Of a stretch of DNA of 64,000 bases, positions 9,063-18,141 are shown one piece after another. The notes beneath the pieces are model-generated. The model was not told the DNA's origin and did no database searches. It saw only the letters and a list, made by a program, of their open reading frames with translations. Source of the DNA: Turneriella sp. Lineage in GTDB: Bacteria; Spirochaetota; Leptospiria; Turneriellales; Turneriellaceae. The stretch's first letter is position 1. Every line of letters starts with the position of its first letter. Location of the stretch: contig CBDIID010000003.1 in NCBI GenBank assembly GCA_965279515.1, forward strand, positions 320,001 through 384,000, in the 5' to 3' direction. A program made the position numbers and the translations under genes.

Positions 9063-12000
9063 TCACACGACTACACGATGGTAACGCAGAATCAAGTTTT
9101 TTATTGCTTCTGACAAGAGCACAGGCGCCTGCTCAAAAGTTTCTTCATGGATCCAGAGCCATTCCTTGAAAAGGTGTTCTGCGATGGAGCGCGTGCCGGT
9201 CTGCACGGCTAAGACGTGGATGTTTTGCCGTGCATATTCTTCACCCAGTTCGCGGAGTTCCTGGCTTGGGGGGCTTAAAATTTCTTTCTTGAGATCGGCG
9301 CGCGCACGGTGGCCGCGGAAATCGGAAACCATGACGACGAATTTAGTCACCGCCTCGGGGGTGAACTGCTCAGCCGCATAACGCAGAACCTGCGATTCTT
9401 CGATGGTGTCGCCGTTCCAGTTGTCCGTCATGTTTTCAAACAGGGAAACCTTTTCCGCATCCGATGGGCTCTCGCCGTCGGTTGAGATAAAACGGTTAAT
9501 ATCGATCGAATGTTTCATATTTTCAAAGTCAGAATAGCCAAAGACTTTGACGGGAATCTTACGATCAAAGAGGATTTCCACTGCCGACTGCACGGCGATG
9601 ATCGCTGATACGGCGGCTTTAAAGTTGAACATGCGCCGGCCTTTTGCCAGTACGAAGATGAACTCCACGCCCTTCAGTTTATTCTCCGAATGCAGAATGC
9701 GCGTGCGGTCGAAGATGCGGTCGTTGCCGGCATAGGCCTGGTAGGTGATATAACGCCGCGCATCGACGCGGTGCCCCTGCGCCATCAGGCGCCGCTCGAT
9801 TTCGGGTTCGGCATCGAGGGCGTTTTCGAGATCCATCTGCAGTTCAGAGAGCATCTTGCCGAAGACATCGTAAAAATCTTCGAGCGAATAACCCATATGG
9901 TATTCCCACTTGGGTTTGTATTTTTTTAAGAATGACTGAAAGAGTTCGTCGGTGCGGGTGCCCCACGCGCCGCCGCCGCCCGCGGGTTCACCCTGCCCGC
10001 CATTGCCCTGGGTGTCAGAACCATACCAGGCGTCGGGCCCTTCCTTCGTATTGCCGCCGGTTTCAGGCGTATCAATCCGCAACCCTTTTTTCAGCTCCTG
10101 GCCGTTCAGGCGTTTTTGCGCCTTGCCGGTATTCGCTTCGCGAAAATGTTTTGCCTTGTCCCAATCGGGTGGGACAATCTTCTTATCCCGCTTTTTTAGC
10201 TGGGTGAGGACTTTTTTTTTACCGTCTGCGAGCGAGGCGAAAATTTCATCCCAGGGCATATCGGCGAAGATGCGGTCGAAGAGCCGGCGAATCTGTGTGC
10301 GGTCCTCTGTGCCCGTGAGTTGGCCTGCATAATAGATATCGACGCCGCGCTTCATGACTTCGAGACCTGCAGGCGCCGTGCTAGCGCCGCCGGCGTTTGA
10401 AGGCGCGTCAGCATAACGCGCGGCGTGCCCAAGCAGGCGCAGCAGATGCTCTTCGCGGTAACGGATAATTTCGGCGAGATTTTCCCCGAGCTTTTTCTCG
10501 CGCGCCGCCTCATCGGCTTTCGTGTGGAACAAGGTCAGCTTCTGGACAAAGGTTTTCCTGAGCGGTGTCTGGTCTTCGCCGAATTCATGGGCGAGTGTCA
10601 GGTCGACGATTTCATGCATCACCTGCTGGTTTTCCAGCACCGGCACATGCATATTAAAAAAGCGGTTTCTGAGCGCGCGCGAAATGGTCTGCTGATTGCG
10701 GCTCTTGCGGGCGCGTTTGATGGCGATGATGCGGCACTCACCCTCTTTTTTCAAAATCGCTTCGCCCTCGGCTTCGGGTGGCAGAGCCAGCCGCCCGGCG
10801 TGGTCGAGCAGCATATTGAGTTTTTCCACAAGCTCTGACCCGGCGGCATCGATGTTCTCGAGCACAATGAGGTCGCCGCGGCGCAGCGCCGCCGTCAGCG
10901 GACCATCCACCCACTTCACCGAACTGCCATGCGGTCGTAACGCGCCGATGATGTCGCTTGTATGCATGCCGCGCGAAAGAAAGATTTCGGTAATCGGACG
11001 GCCGGCGAGCGCCGCGTAAATATGGCAGAGCTCGAGAATGCGCGCGGCATCTTCACCCTCGATGAGTAAGTTGTCATTGGCGGTGAGCGAGGCCTCCATT
11101 TTATCGAGTAAGGCGGCGCGCGAAGCTGTCACAGGGAAAAACATGCGTGTCGGCGCGGTGTCGCCCGCCTCGGCATATTCTTTCCGGTCGCGCTGGGGCG
11201 CGGCACCCAGGTAGATTTCATAATCGCGGTTGAGCTGGCCCAAATCGTAACCCAACACTTCGGCGGCAACTTTAGTAGCAAGCGCGCGGTCAGCCTCGAG
11301 GCGGAATGCTTCGGTGAAAAACGTAAAGATGAGATCGCGGAATGCCGGTGCATTGACGTCAGTGAGCCCCGCCACAAGGGCGCGGTTCATAAAGCGCTGC
11401 GCTGTGCGCAGGTTAAAGTGGTAGTGTTCGAGATCGTCTTTGGCGAGTTCGTTTTTCCAAATCGATGCTTCGAGCGCGCGTTGCAGCGTCACAACCGTGT
11501 CAGCAATGTTCGCATATTCTGCAGGATACAGGCCACGCAGGATTTCTTTCTCTTCATGCGCCGGGTAATGATCGAGATAGATGGTGGTGAAGTGCCGCGC
11601 AATACTTTCAGGCAGGTTCTTGCGGCCTTCAAAGCCGCGCGCCGGGTTCTGTGTGGCGACGAAGGAAAAGCGTTCGCTGGCCGCAACCTCGCTGCCGTCT
11701 TTTTCTAGCAATGCCAGGCGGCGGCGGTCGAAGACACTGATGAAGCGCTTCAAAATTTCAGGCGAAGCGAGATTCATCTCGTCCGCAACGAAGGTGTAAC
11801 CCTTCTCGAGCGCTTCGGTCAGCGGGCCGTTATTCCATTGGAAACCATTCGGCAGCACGCGGAACGATCCCGACAAATCTTCGGGCAAGGTGTCCTGATT
11901 AAAACTAAACCGGATCGTCGGCAGGCCGCGGATCTTGTTGATATAATAGATGAGTGCATTCTTGCCGACACCGGCATCGCCGACGAGTAAAACGTTCTGC

Positions 12001-12140
12001 CCCTCGATCAGCGGATAGAGAATCTTCTTTAGGTTGGCGAGCGTCGTCTCGGTGAGAATCAGCTCCTGGTGAAAAACCAGATGTTTTTCCGCAGGCGCGA
12101 CATCCGCCGCTTCGAGAATAATACCGGCTATCTCAGGCAT
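9063..12140 (-). CDS. Tandem AAA+ (dynein/MoxR-related) ATPase with C-terminal vWA-like domain
   Basis: AAA1: GDAGVGKN, FVADEMN, ATQNP. AAA2 has a degenerate Walker A (GEDAARI), IVLENID and ALRNRF. Gly-rich linker, then a vWA-like alpha/beta tail. Confidence 0.85.
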   Translation of the reverse strand: MPEIAGIILEAADVAPAEKHLVFHQELILTETTLANLKKILYPLIEGQNVLLVGDAGVGKNALIYYINKIRGLPTIRFSFNQDTLPEDLSGSFRVLPNGFQWNNGPLTEALEKGYTFVADEMNLASPEILKRFISVFDRRRLALLEKDGSEVAASERFSFVATQNPARGFEGRKNLPESIARHFTTIYLDHYPAHEEKEILRGLYPAEYANIADTVVTLQRALEASIWKNELAKDDLEHYHFNLRTAQRFMNRALVAGLTDVNAPAFRDLIFTFFTEAFRLEADRALATKVAAEVLGYDLGQLNRDYEIYLGAAPQRDRKEYAEAGDTAPTRMFFPVTASRAALLDKMEASLTANDNLLIEGEDAARILELCHIYAALAGRPITEIFLSRGMHTSDIIGALRPHGSSVKWVDGPLTAALRRGDLIVLENIDAAGSELVEKLNMLLDHAGRLALPPEAEGEAILKKEGECRIIAIKRARKSRNQQTISRALRNRFFNMHVPVLENQQVMHEIVDLTLAHEFGEDQTPLRKTFVQKLTLFHTKADEAAREKKLGENLAEIIRYREEHLLRLLGHAARYADAPSNAGGASTAPAGLEVMKRGVDIYYAGQLTGTEDRTQIRRLFDRIFADMPWDEIFASLADGKKKVLTQLKKRDKKIVPPDWDKAKHFREANTGKAQKRLNGQELKKGLRIDTPETGGNTKEGPDAWYGSDTQGNGGQGEPAGGGGAWGTRTDELFQSFLKKYKPKWEYHMGYSLEDFYDVFGKMLSELQMDLENALDAEPEIERRLMAQGHRVDARRYITYQAYAGNDRIFDRTRILHSENKLKGVEFIFVLAKGRRMFNFKAAVSAIIAVQSAVEILFDRKIPVKVFGYSDFENMKHSIDINRFISTDGESPSDAEKVSLFENMTDNWNGDTIEESQVLRYAAEQFTPEAVTKFVVMVSDFRGHRARADLKKEILSPPSQELRELGEEYARQNIHVLAVQTGTRSIAEHLFKEWLWIHEETFEQAPVLLSEAIKNLILRYHRVVV

Positions 12141-12325
12141 AGCTCCTTCCCCAAAGGCGCGTTCCCCTGTAAATGAAGATATATGTGTACATACACGTTA
12201 CTCGAAGGGATGGAATTAGCCGGGGTCTTCCCGGAACTCCCCCAACTCTCTATTGATCTGGTGCCATAGCGTAAGTCCCACTCATTTTTATTTGACGATA
12301 AGATCGCCCGGAACCATAAGTCTGT

Positions 12326-13228
12326 ATGCGTATACCTGCCGCACAAGTATCCCTGGTGGGATTACTTCTCTTCATGCCCGCATGCAAGGAAAAGCCAATG
12401 GCCAGCTCCTATTGGATTAGCAGCGTTGAGGCCACCAGCACTCTTGCCGACAAGCAAGACCGTTACAATAAATCCTACCTGACCGACGGCACGCTCCAGC
12501 CGTGGTGCGAAGGCAAACCCGGCGACGGCATCGGTGAAGCCATTACCCTGAATTTCAAAGAACCGGTGCAATTTTGGGCGATTTATATAAGCAATGGTTA
12601 TCATCACGGAAAATATTTTGCGCTCAACAACCGCATCAAGGGCCTGGAAATCCTGTCGAACGGCAAACCCATCAGCACAGTGGAGCTCAGGGACGAACCT
12701 GGGGCACAATTGGTCAGGCTCGGCCCCGATGGCAAAAGCGGCGACTCTAAGGTTATAACCACCACGGCTATCACGCTCAGGATTCTTTCGGTCTATCCTG
12801 GGAAAAAAGACCGGGACACTTGTATTACCGAAATCGGCTTTGACCAGATACTGATCAAATCAACAGGCGGAGCAAGTACAGAATCCGCCAAGCCAGAGTG
12901 TTATAAATTTGGCGATGAATGCGTCGATTCCGCGCGTTGGTCCGATTTTCTGGGCATTTGGTCTGGTGGTTCAGTGACGACAGCCAGGGAATCGGAGGCA
13001 ATTACTCTGTCCATCAATGCAGACCAAACCTGCAGCTGGAGTTCGAGTGTGGACGGAAATCATTCCTGCAGGTGGGAGCCGGAGCGCAATGAAAAATCCG
13101 TCGGCGGCGTCATGATCATGCTGAACTTCTCGGGAAGCGGACCCGGGACAAAACAAATGGATTGCGATAAAGCGGGTGACCAGGGAAAAAATCTGGCCTG
13201 CAGCATATATTTTTTCGACCGCAAATAA
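12326..13228 (+). CDS. Lipoprotein with NADase-type discoidin-like glycan-binding domain
   Basis: Lipobox-like LLFMPA-C. Pattern STL...Y...LTDG...W-x-EG..GDGIGE...NGY...NNRIK...VYPG..DTCITEI. Confidence 0.75.
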   Translation: MRIPAAQVSLVGLLLFMPACKEKPMASSYWISSVEATSTLADKQDRYNKSYLTDGTLQPWCEGKPGDGIGEAITLNFKEPVQFWAIYISNGYHHGKYFALNNRIKGLEILSNGKPISTVELRDEPGAQLVRLGPDGKSGDSKVITTTAITLRILSVYPGKKDRDTCITEIGFDQILIKSTGGASTESAKPECYKFGDECVDSARWSDFLGIWSGGSVTTARESEAITLSINADQTCSWSSSVDGNHSCRWEPERNEKSVGGVMIMLNFSGSGPGTKQMDCDKAGDQGKNLACSIYFFDRK

Positions 13229-13236
13229 ACGGGCGT

Positions 13237-14007
13237 CTAAGCCAGCGTCCGCAGAAAAGGCAGCACCAACCCTAACAGGGCATCCCGGTGCGTGTGGTGC
13301 AGCCAATGCTCCGCGTCGGCAAAGTCGTGGTATTCGAGCCGGGGAAATGCCGCGCGCATCAGCGCGACATCCGCGTCGCTGACATAGTCAGATTTCAGGC
13401 CGCGCACGCCGAGCACCGCGCCTGTATAAAGAGGATTTTCAAAGGGGGGAAATACGGTGCGCGAACGCGAGGTTTCGACCGCTTCGACATTGTTCATCCA
13501 CACATATTGCCCGGTTTCATCGCGCCCAATATTCATCTGTAAAAACTGCCGCATGGTTTTATTCGGCAGCACACTCGCCATCACGTCATCGATGTCTTTG
13601 CGTGTGGCAAATCCACTGATATCGATTTTCTGCGCCGCGATCTCCTCTGCGTGCCCGGGCGCATAGCTGCGCGGCGCGATGTCCAGAACCACCAGGGCTT
13701 TTATTTGCGATCCGCGGGTACGGGCAAAATCCATCGCCGTAAGCCCACCCATCGAGTGCCCGATCAGAATCGGGTTTATGATCTTATGCTCAGAGATGAA
13801 CTCGCCCAGATCTTCGCTGAGATCAGAAAGATTGTGCGTCGCGGTATGGTGGCTGCGGCCGTGGTTGCGTGCGTCGTAGGCAAACACCCGCGCGGCCGGT
13901 GTTAATCCCTCGGCCAAAGAAGAAAAGTTTTTTGCCGAGCCAAAAAGCCCGTGTAGTAGCACCACGGTATTCTTTGGATTTCCTTCATAAAAATCAAAGG
14001 CTATCAT
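13237..14007 (-). CDS. Alpha/beta hydrolase (YbfF/ABHD11-like esterase)
   Basis: LHGLFGS, DARNHGRS, GHSMGG, DIAP, HWLH. Confidence 0.9.
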   Translation of the reverse strand: MIAFDFYEGNPKNTVVLLHGLFGSAKNFSSLAEGLTPAARVFAYDARNHGRSHHTATHNLSDLSEDLGEFISEHKIINPILIGHSMGGLTAMDFARTRGSQIKALVVLDIAPRSYAPGHAEEIAAQKIDISGFATRKDIDDVMASVLPNKTMRQFLQMNIGRDETGQYVWMNNVEAVETSRSRTVFPPFENPLYTGAVLGVRGLKSDYVSDADVALMRAAFPRLEYHDFADAEHWLHHTHRDALLGLVLPFLRTLA

Positions 14008-14136
14008 GGTACATGGATGTATCGAGGTTCGCGCTGACAAGGACGTCATCGGTGCGCGAACCACGGACGGGTTCGCTGCTCACAGGGGCGCGGCGTAATA
14101 TTCTTTACAATCTCACTCAGGCGCACAGTTAAATCA

Positions 14137-15384
14137 ATGTCCCAAGCAGTGCGTTTTTCCGCCAATAAATTCTGGATGAACTGGCAGTCGCTGGGCCGGG
14201 CGCATGAACTCGATAACCTCATGCATGCCGGCGCTAAAAAATGGCCAGCGGCGTTTTCAACCGATTACATGAAAGTCGCCGAACTTGCCCCGCTTGAAAA
14301 ATGGGCGGCTGAACTGCGCCAGCTCGACGCGCAGAGCCTGATCGTCATCGGTATCGGGGGGTCATCGCTTGGCGGCATTGCCCTGAAAGCACTCATCGAC
14401 CCGCATTCCGATAAACTCATTTTCTGGGAAGGCCCCCACCCCTCAAAAATGCAGAAGATTGCGCAGGTGGCAGAGAACAAGCAGACTGCGGTACTCTTTG
14501 TGTCTAAATCCGGCACGACGCTCGAAACACGGGCGAACCTTTCACTCTTCCGGCAGTTTTTCCCCGGTGTGCCCGAATATTTTATCACCAGCGAACCCGA
14601 CCAGATCAAGGATTTAGGCGCGCATAAAAAAAATACCTTTCTGATCCCGAAAAACCTCGGCGGGCGTTTCAGTATTGTGTCGCCGGTCGGTATGATGCCT
14701 GCCCTGTTCGTCGATTATAACGTAAAAGCGTTCCTGACCGCCTTCGATGAGGCCAATGCCGAGTGGGAGCTCTCGATCCCCGTCGCCGAAAATGTCGCGA
14801 AACAAACGGCCATCCACTTTTACAACCTATTCGCGGCGCGCTTTACCGGCGTCGCATTCTGGGTCTATGCCGCAGATCTCGTCGACTGGGGTCGCTGGCT
14901 GGTGCAGCTCTGGGCCGAATCGCTCGGTAAAAAGCCACACATCGCCGCGTTGCCGATGATTGTGCAGGGGCCCGAAGACCAGCATTCGCTGCTGCAGTAT
15001 TTTATGGAGGCGTCGAACCGCCACCTCCATTGTTTTGTGCACACCGAAAGTTATGGCCGACGCGACAGCCTCATCACTTCTGAAGTGCGCGGCGACTTTG
15101 CCGACAAATCGATGAGCCAGATTCTGAATGCGCAGATGCGCAGTATCGAAGCGGCGCTCTCGATCAACGAACGCCCGGTTGCCGAATACCTGCTGAGCGA
15201 TCTTTCCGAAGCGGAGATGGCGCGCTGGTTCTGCTTCTGGATGCACGTCGTCTCATACCTCGGCTACCTTTGGGAGATCAATCCCTTCGACCAACCCGGC
15301 GTCGAGACCGGCAAGATCATCTGCAAGAAGCTGCTCCGCGGCGAAGCGGTTGAAGACGCGGTTCAACCAGTTTTCGATCTGTGA
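14137..15384 (+). CDS. pgi: Glucose-6-phosphate isomerase
   Basis: GIGGS, SKSGTT-x-E, GGRFS, QLWAESLGK, DQHS, NPFDQPGVE-x-GK. Confidence 0.9.
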   Translation: MSQAVRFSANKFWMNWQSLGRAHELDNLMHAGAKKWPAAFSTDYMKVAELAPLEKWAAELRQLDAQSLIVIGIGGSSLGGIALKALIDPHSDKLIFWEGPHPSKMQKIAQVAENKQTAVLFVSKSGTTLETRANLSLFRQFFPGVPEYFITSEPDQIKDLGAHKKNTFLIPKNLGGRFSIVSPVGMMPALFVDYNVKAFLTAFDEANAEWELSIPVAENVAKQTAIHFYNLFAARFTGVAFWVYAADLVDWGRWLVQLWAESLGKKPHIAALPMIVQGPEDQHSLLQYFMEASNRHLHCFVHTESYGRRDSLITSEVRGDFADKSMSQILNAQMRSIEAALSINERPVAEYLLSDLSEAEMARWFCFWMHVVSYLGYLWEINPFDQPGVETGKIICKKLLRGEAVEDAVQPVFDL

Positions 15385-15421
15385 CCCGAATATCTGGAGC
15401 CCCGACCAGGAGGGCGAGATT

Positions 15422-15511
15422 AACCGCAAAGTACGCGGAGTTACGCAAAGTTTCATAGCATGAATCTCGCTTTGCCGGTTTTCTTTGCGTTCCTTTGCGT
15501 ACTTTGCGGTT
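15422..15511. repeat. Imperfect inverted repeat (REP-like, CGCAAAG/CTTTGCG units)
   Basis: AACCGCAAAGTACGC (15422-15436) pairs with GCGTACTTTGCGGTT (15497-15511); ACGCAAAG pairs with CTTTGCGT. Confidence 0.75.
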
Positions 15512-16359
15512 GCCTCTTTTTAATCTTCCGCGAACGCCGCCACCGGCCACTTTCCTTCGCGCGCTATTTTGCGGACTTTAAACCGACTCTCGCTTCACAC
15601 CGCGGTTATGGAAAATATGCGGAGATTCCCGAAAACACAATCCCTGCGTTCAAGGCATCAGAAAAACTGGGTTTCACGGCGCACGAGCTCGATGTCCGCC
15701 GTACCCGCGACCGGCAGATTGTGTTGCTGCATGGCCCCCGTCTCGAAAATACCACAGATGGCCAGGGCCGTATCGAAGAGCACAGTTACCCGCATGTGCA
15801 GACGCTGAACGCCGCGCATTACGTTGCGCGGCTCTTTGATGGCACTAAGGTTGCGCGAACACCGATGCCGACACTCACCGATGTGTTATTGCAAACCGGT
15901 AAGAATACACGTATCAATATTGAAATCAAGCGCGACCGCTGGGATTTCTCCCGTGGCCTGGAAGAAGAAACCGTGCATGCGGTACGCGAGGCGAAGGCTG
16001 AAACGCGCGTGTTTTTCTCCGGGTTTCATTTCCTGACGCTGTGGCGGCTGCGGCGCCTCAATTCAGGCATCCCCGTGGGATTACTCATTGAACCCGGCCC
16101 CATGGCGCGGTTCAAGTTCTGGCTCTACCGGTTAATCCTGTTGCCCGATAATATCCATCTCCACTTTACCACACCCACCCCCGCGCTCATGCGCCGGCTG
16201 AAAAGACAGGGCTATGGCCTCGCATTCTGGACGGTCAACAATGAAGACGTCGCGCGCGGATTATTCGATCTCGGCGCCGATGTTGTTATCACCGATAAAA
16301 TGGAATTTATCAGGCAGTTTCCTGATGAAAAAATCCGGGCTGCGGGCCGGCGCAGTTAA
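15460..16359 (+). CDS. Glycerophosphodiester phosphodiesterase (GDPD)
   Basis: SHRG, PENT, ELDV, LLH, NIEIK, WTVN, VITD. Confidence 0.92.
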   Translation: MNLALPVFFAFLCVLCGCLFLIFRERRHRPLSFARYFADFKPTLASHRGYGKYAEIPENTIPAFKASEKLGFTAHELDVRRTRDRQIVLLHGPRLENTTDGQGRIEEHSYPHVQTLNAAHYVARLFDGTKVARTPMPTLTDVLLQTGKNTRINIEIKRDRWDFSRGLEEETVHAVREAKAETRVFFSGFHFLTLWRLRRLNSGIPVGLLIEPGPMARFKFWLYRLILLPDNIHLHFTTPTPALMRRLKRQGYGLAFWTVNNEDVARGLFDLGADVVITDKMEFIRQFPDEKIRAAGRRS

Positions 16360-16769
16360 CGTTTTTCTTTCCGGATCATCAGCTTAAGCCCCGACCAGAC
16401 ATCGGTGACAGCGCAAACTTTCAGGTCGACTAAGTCCAGCGGATAGGCCAGCTCACGCACAGTATCTTCGGTAACATCCGTCGGCACGCCCGAAGATTTT
16501 TTGGGCCACGAGACCCAGATTATACCATCGGGTTTGATTGTCTTGCGCAGCACTTTCAGGTGCTTTGCCATTTCAGTTTTAGATTTTGTGAAAAGATGGA
16601 TGAGGTCGGCGCCTTTCTGGTCTTTATAGGCTATGGGTTTTTGCCCCAAAACCTCATGGTACTCCTTTCCCGGATCATTGATGACGAAAAAAGCCATTCC
16701 AGCTTTGACGCCCAGTTTTTGCACGAGCGATTTTCCCGAATACCCGGGAACCGTTTTTTTGGCGGGCAT
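16356..16769 (-). CDS. DUF3052-like protein
   Basis: GYSGKSLVQKLG, WVSWPKKSS-x-VPTD, LVDLKVCAV...WSGLKL. Confidence 0.8.
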   Translation of the reverse strand: MPAKKTVPGYSGKSLVQKLGVKAGMAFFVINDPGKEYHEVLGQKPIAYKDQKGADLIHLFTKSKTEMAKHLKVLRKTIKPDGIIWVSWPKKSSGVPTDVTEDTVRELAYPLDLVDLKVCAVTDVWSGLKLMIRKEKR

Positions 16770-16815
16770 GGAGGGCAGCAATGGCAGTCAGCATGACGGG
16801 CCAAGAATTTATGTA

Positions 16816-17631
16816 TTAGCGGATAAACCGGTCGCGGATCGCTGCAGCGCTGGTATAATATCCGCCAGCGGAGAACAGGTGTGCATGCACGAGAAGCGGA
16901 TAGATTTGAAAGATCCAGAGCAGCTCTTCCTGATGCTCACGGCGCGGCCTTACCGAAAAATAGGCTTCATAGAACTCCGGATCAAAGCCGCCGAAAAGTT
17001 TTGTCATCGCAATATCGGTCAGCGGGTCTCCCCAATACACCGCAGGATCGATAAAGACGGGCCCGCGTGCCGCGTGGTAGAGGTTGCCTGACCATAGATC
17101 TCCATGTAATAACGCGGGTGCCGGGCAGGAATTCAACAACGCCGCAGTCTTTTCAAAAAAATTTTGCCATAGCCCGCTTTCCCGCCCGGCTGTGAGCGGC
17201 TCAAGCCTTTGCCTGAAATAAAAATCCGCCGCATTTGCACCGGGACGGTTGTTCTGCAGCAATGTTGCAAGGTAAGTGCTTTGATTGTAACCGTACTCCG
17301 GTGCAGCCAGCGAGTGCAGCTGCGCGAGGCTCTCGCCGGCGATGGCAGGTTTTGCCTCACCGGGGGTTAAATATTCCATGAGCAGGAAATTATCCCCCCA
17401 GCCCAATACCTGCGGCACATCCAGACCCGCCTTGCCCAGGGCTCGAAGGCCCGCTTCTTCTGACCCGAAGAATCCCGGGGGCGCGGCGGCGTGCGTCTTC
17501 ACCACAAATTGCCCCTGTTGCGTATCCAGACGATACAGTGTACTGATGTCGCCGCCCGTCAAGGGCGTGGCGGCTTGAATCTTACCGGAAATCTCCTCAA
17601 TGGTAACCCTGAGTCCGCCCGTAAGCGGCAT
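16816..17631 (-). CDS. Fructosamine kinase family protein
   Basis: GGDIS, E-x-x-GL, LLHGDLWSGN, IDPA, LFGGF, YPLLVH. Confidence 0.92.
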   Translation of the reverse strand: MPLTGGLRVTIEEISGKIQAATPLTGGDISTLYRLDTQQGQFVVKTHAAAPPGFFGSEEAGLRALGKAGLDVPQVLGWGDNFLLMEYLTPGEAKPAIAGESLAQLHSLAAPEYGYNQSTYLATLLQNNRPGANAADFYFRQRLEPLTAGRESGLWQNFFEKTAALLNSCPAPALLHGDLWSGNLYHAARGPVFIDPAVYWGDPLTDIAMTKLFGGFDPEFYEAYFSVRPRREHQEELLWIFQIYPLLVHAHLFSAGGYYTSAAAIRDRFIR

Positions 17632-17634
17632 GGC

Positions 17635-18141
17635 TCAGAGCTTCTCTTTGAGCAGCAGCGCGGGAGATTTGCGTGAATATAAGAACAGGAAATTCAGAAA
17701 GCTTAAGGCGACGGCCCCCGCAAGAATAAATTGCGCTGCGATAACGCGGTCGAAGTTGGCGGTTGGCATGTTCTTCTGCGAGAACACATTGCTCAAAATC
17801 AGATCGGTGGAAACCGCGGGTAAGAGAGCCAAAAGCGCTATGAAAACGTTTTGTAGCGCGTAATAGCCGAGAATCTTCAGACGGGTAAATCCCAGCATTT
17901 CAAAATTACCGATTTCATAGCGCAGCGAGCGGCATAAAATCGCCTGCACCATGACGACGCCGAAGGCAAAACCGATCAGCAGCAGGGCAAACGCATAGAG
18001 CAACAGCGTATTGCTCGAGCTCAGGAATTTTGCGTAACGCACAAAAACCGCAGTTTCCACGTAGGCAATAAGGTATAAGACACCCGCGAGGGTCCACATG
18101 ACCGGAGCACGCTTCAGACCCAACCGCCAGAACTGGATCAT
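17635..18141 (-). CDS. Hypothetical membrane protein (FtsX-permease C-terminal-like)
   Basis: Four TM segments; R-x-EIG...LGFT and terminal 'SPALLLKE'; ATGA overlap with the gyrA stop. Confidence 0.6.
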   Translation of the reverse strand: MIQFWRLGLKRAPVMWTLAGVLYLIAYVETAVFVRYAKFLSSSNTLLLYAFALLLIGFAFGVVMVQAILCRSLRYEIGNFEMLGFTRLKILGYYALQNVFIALLALLPAVSTDLILSNVFSQKNMPTANFDRVIAAQFILAGAVALSFLNFLFLYSRKSPALLLKEKL

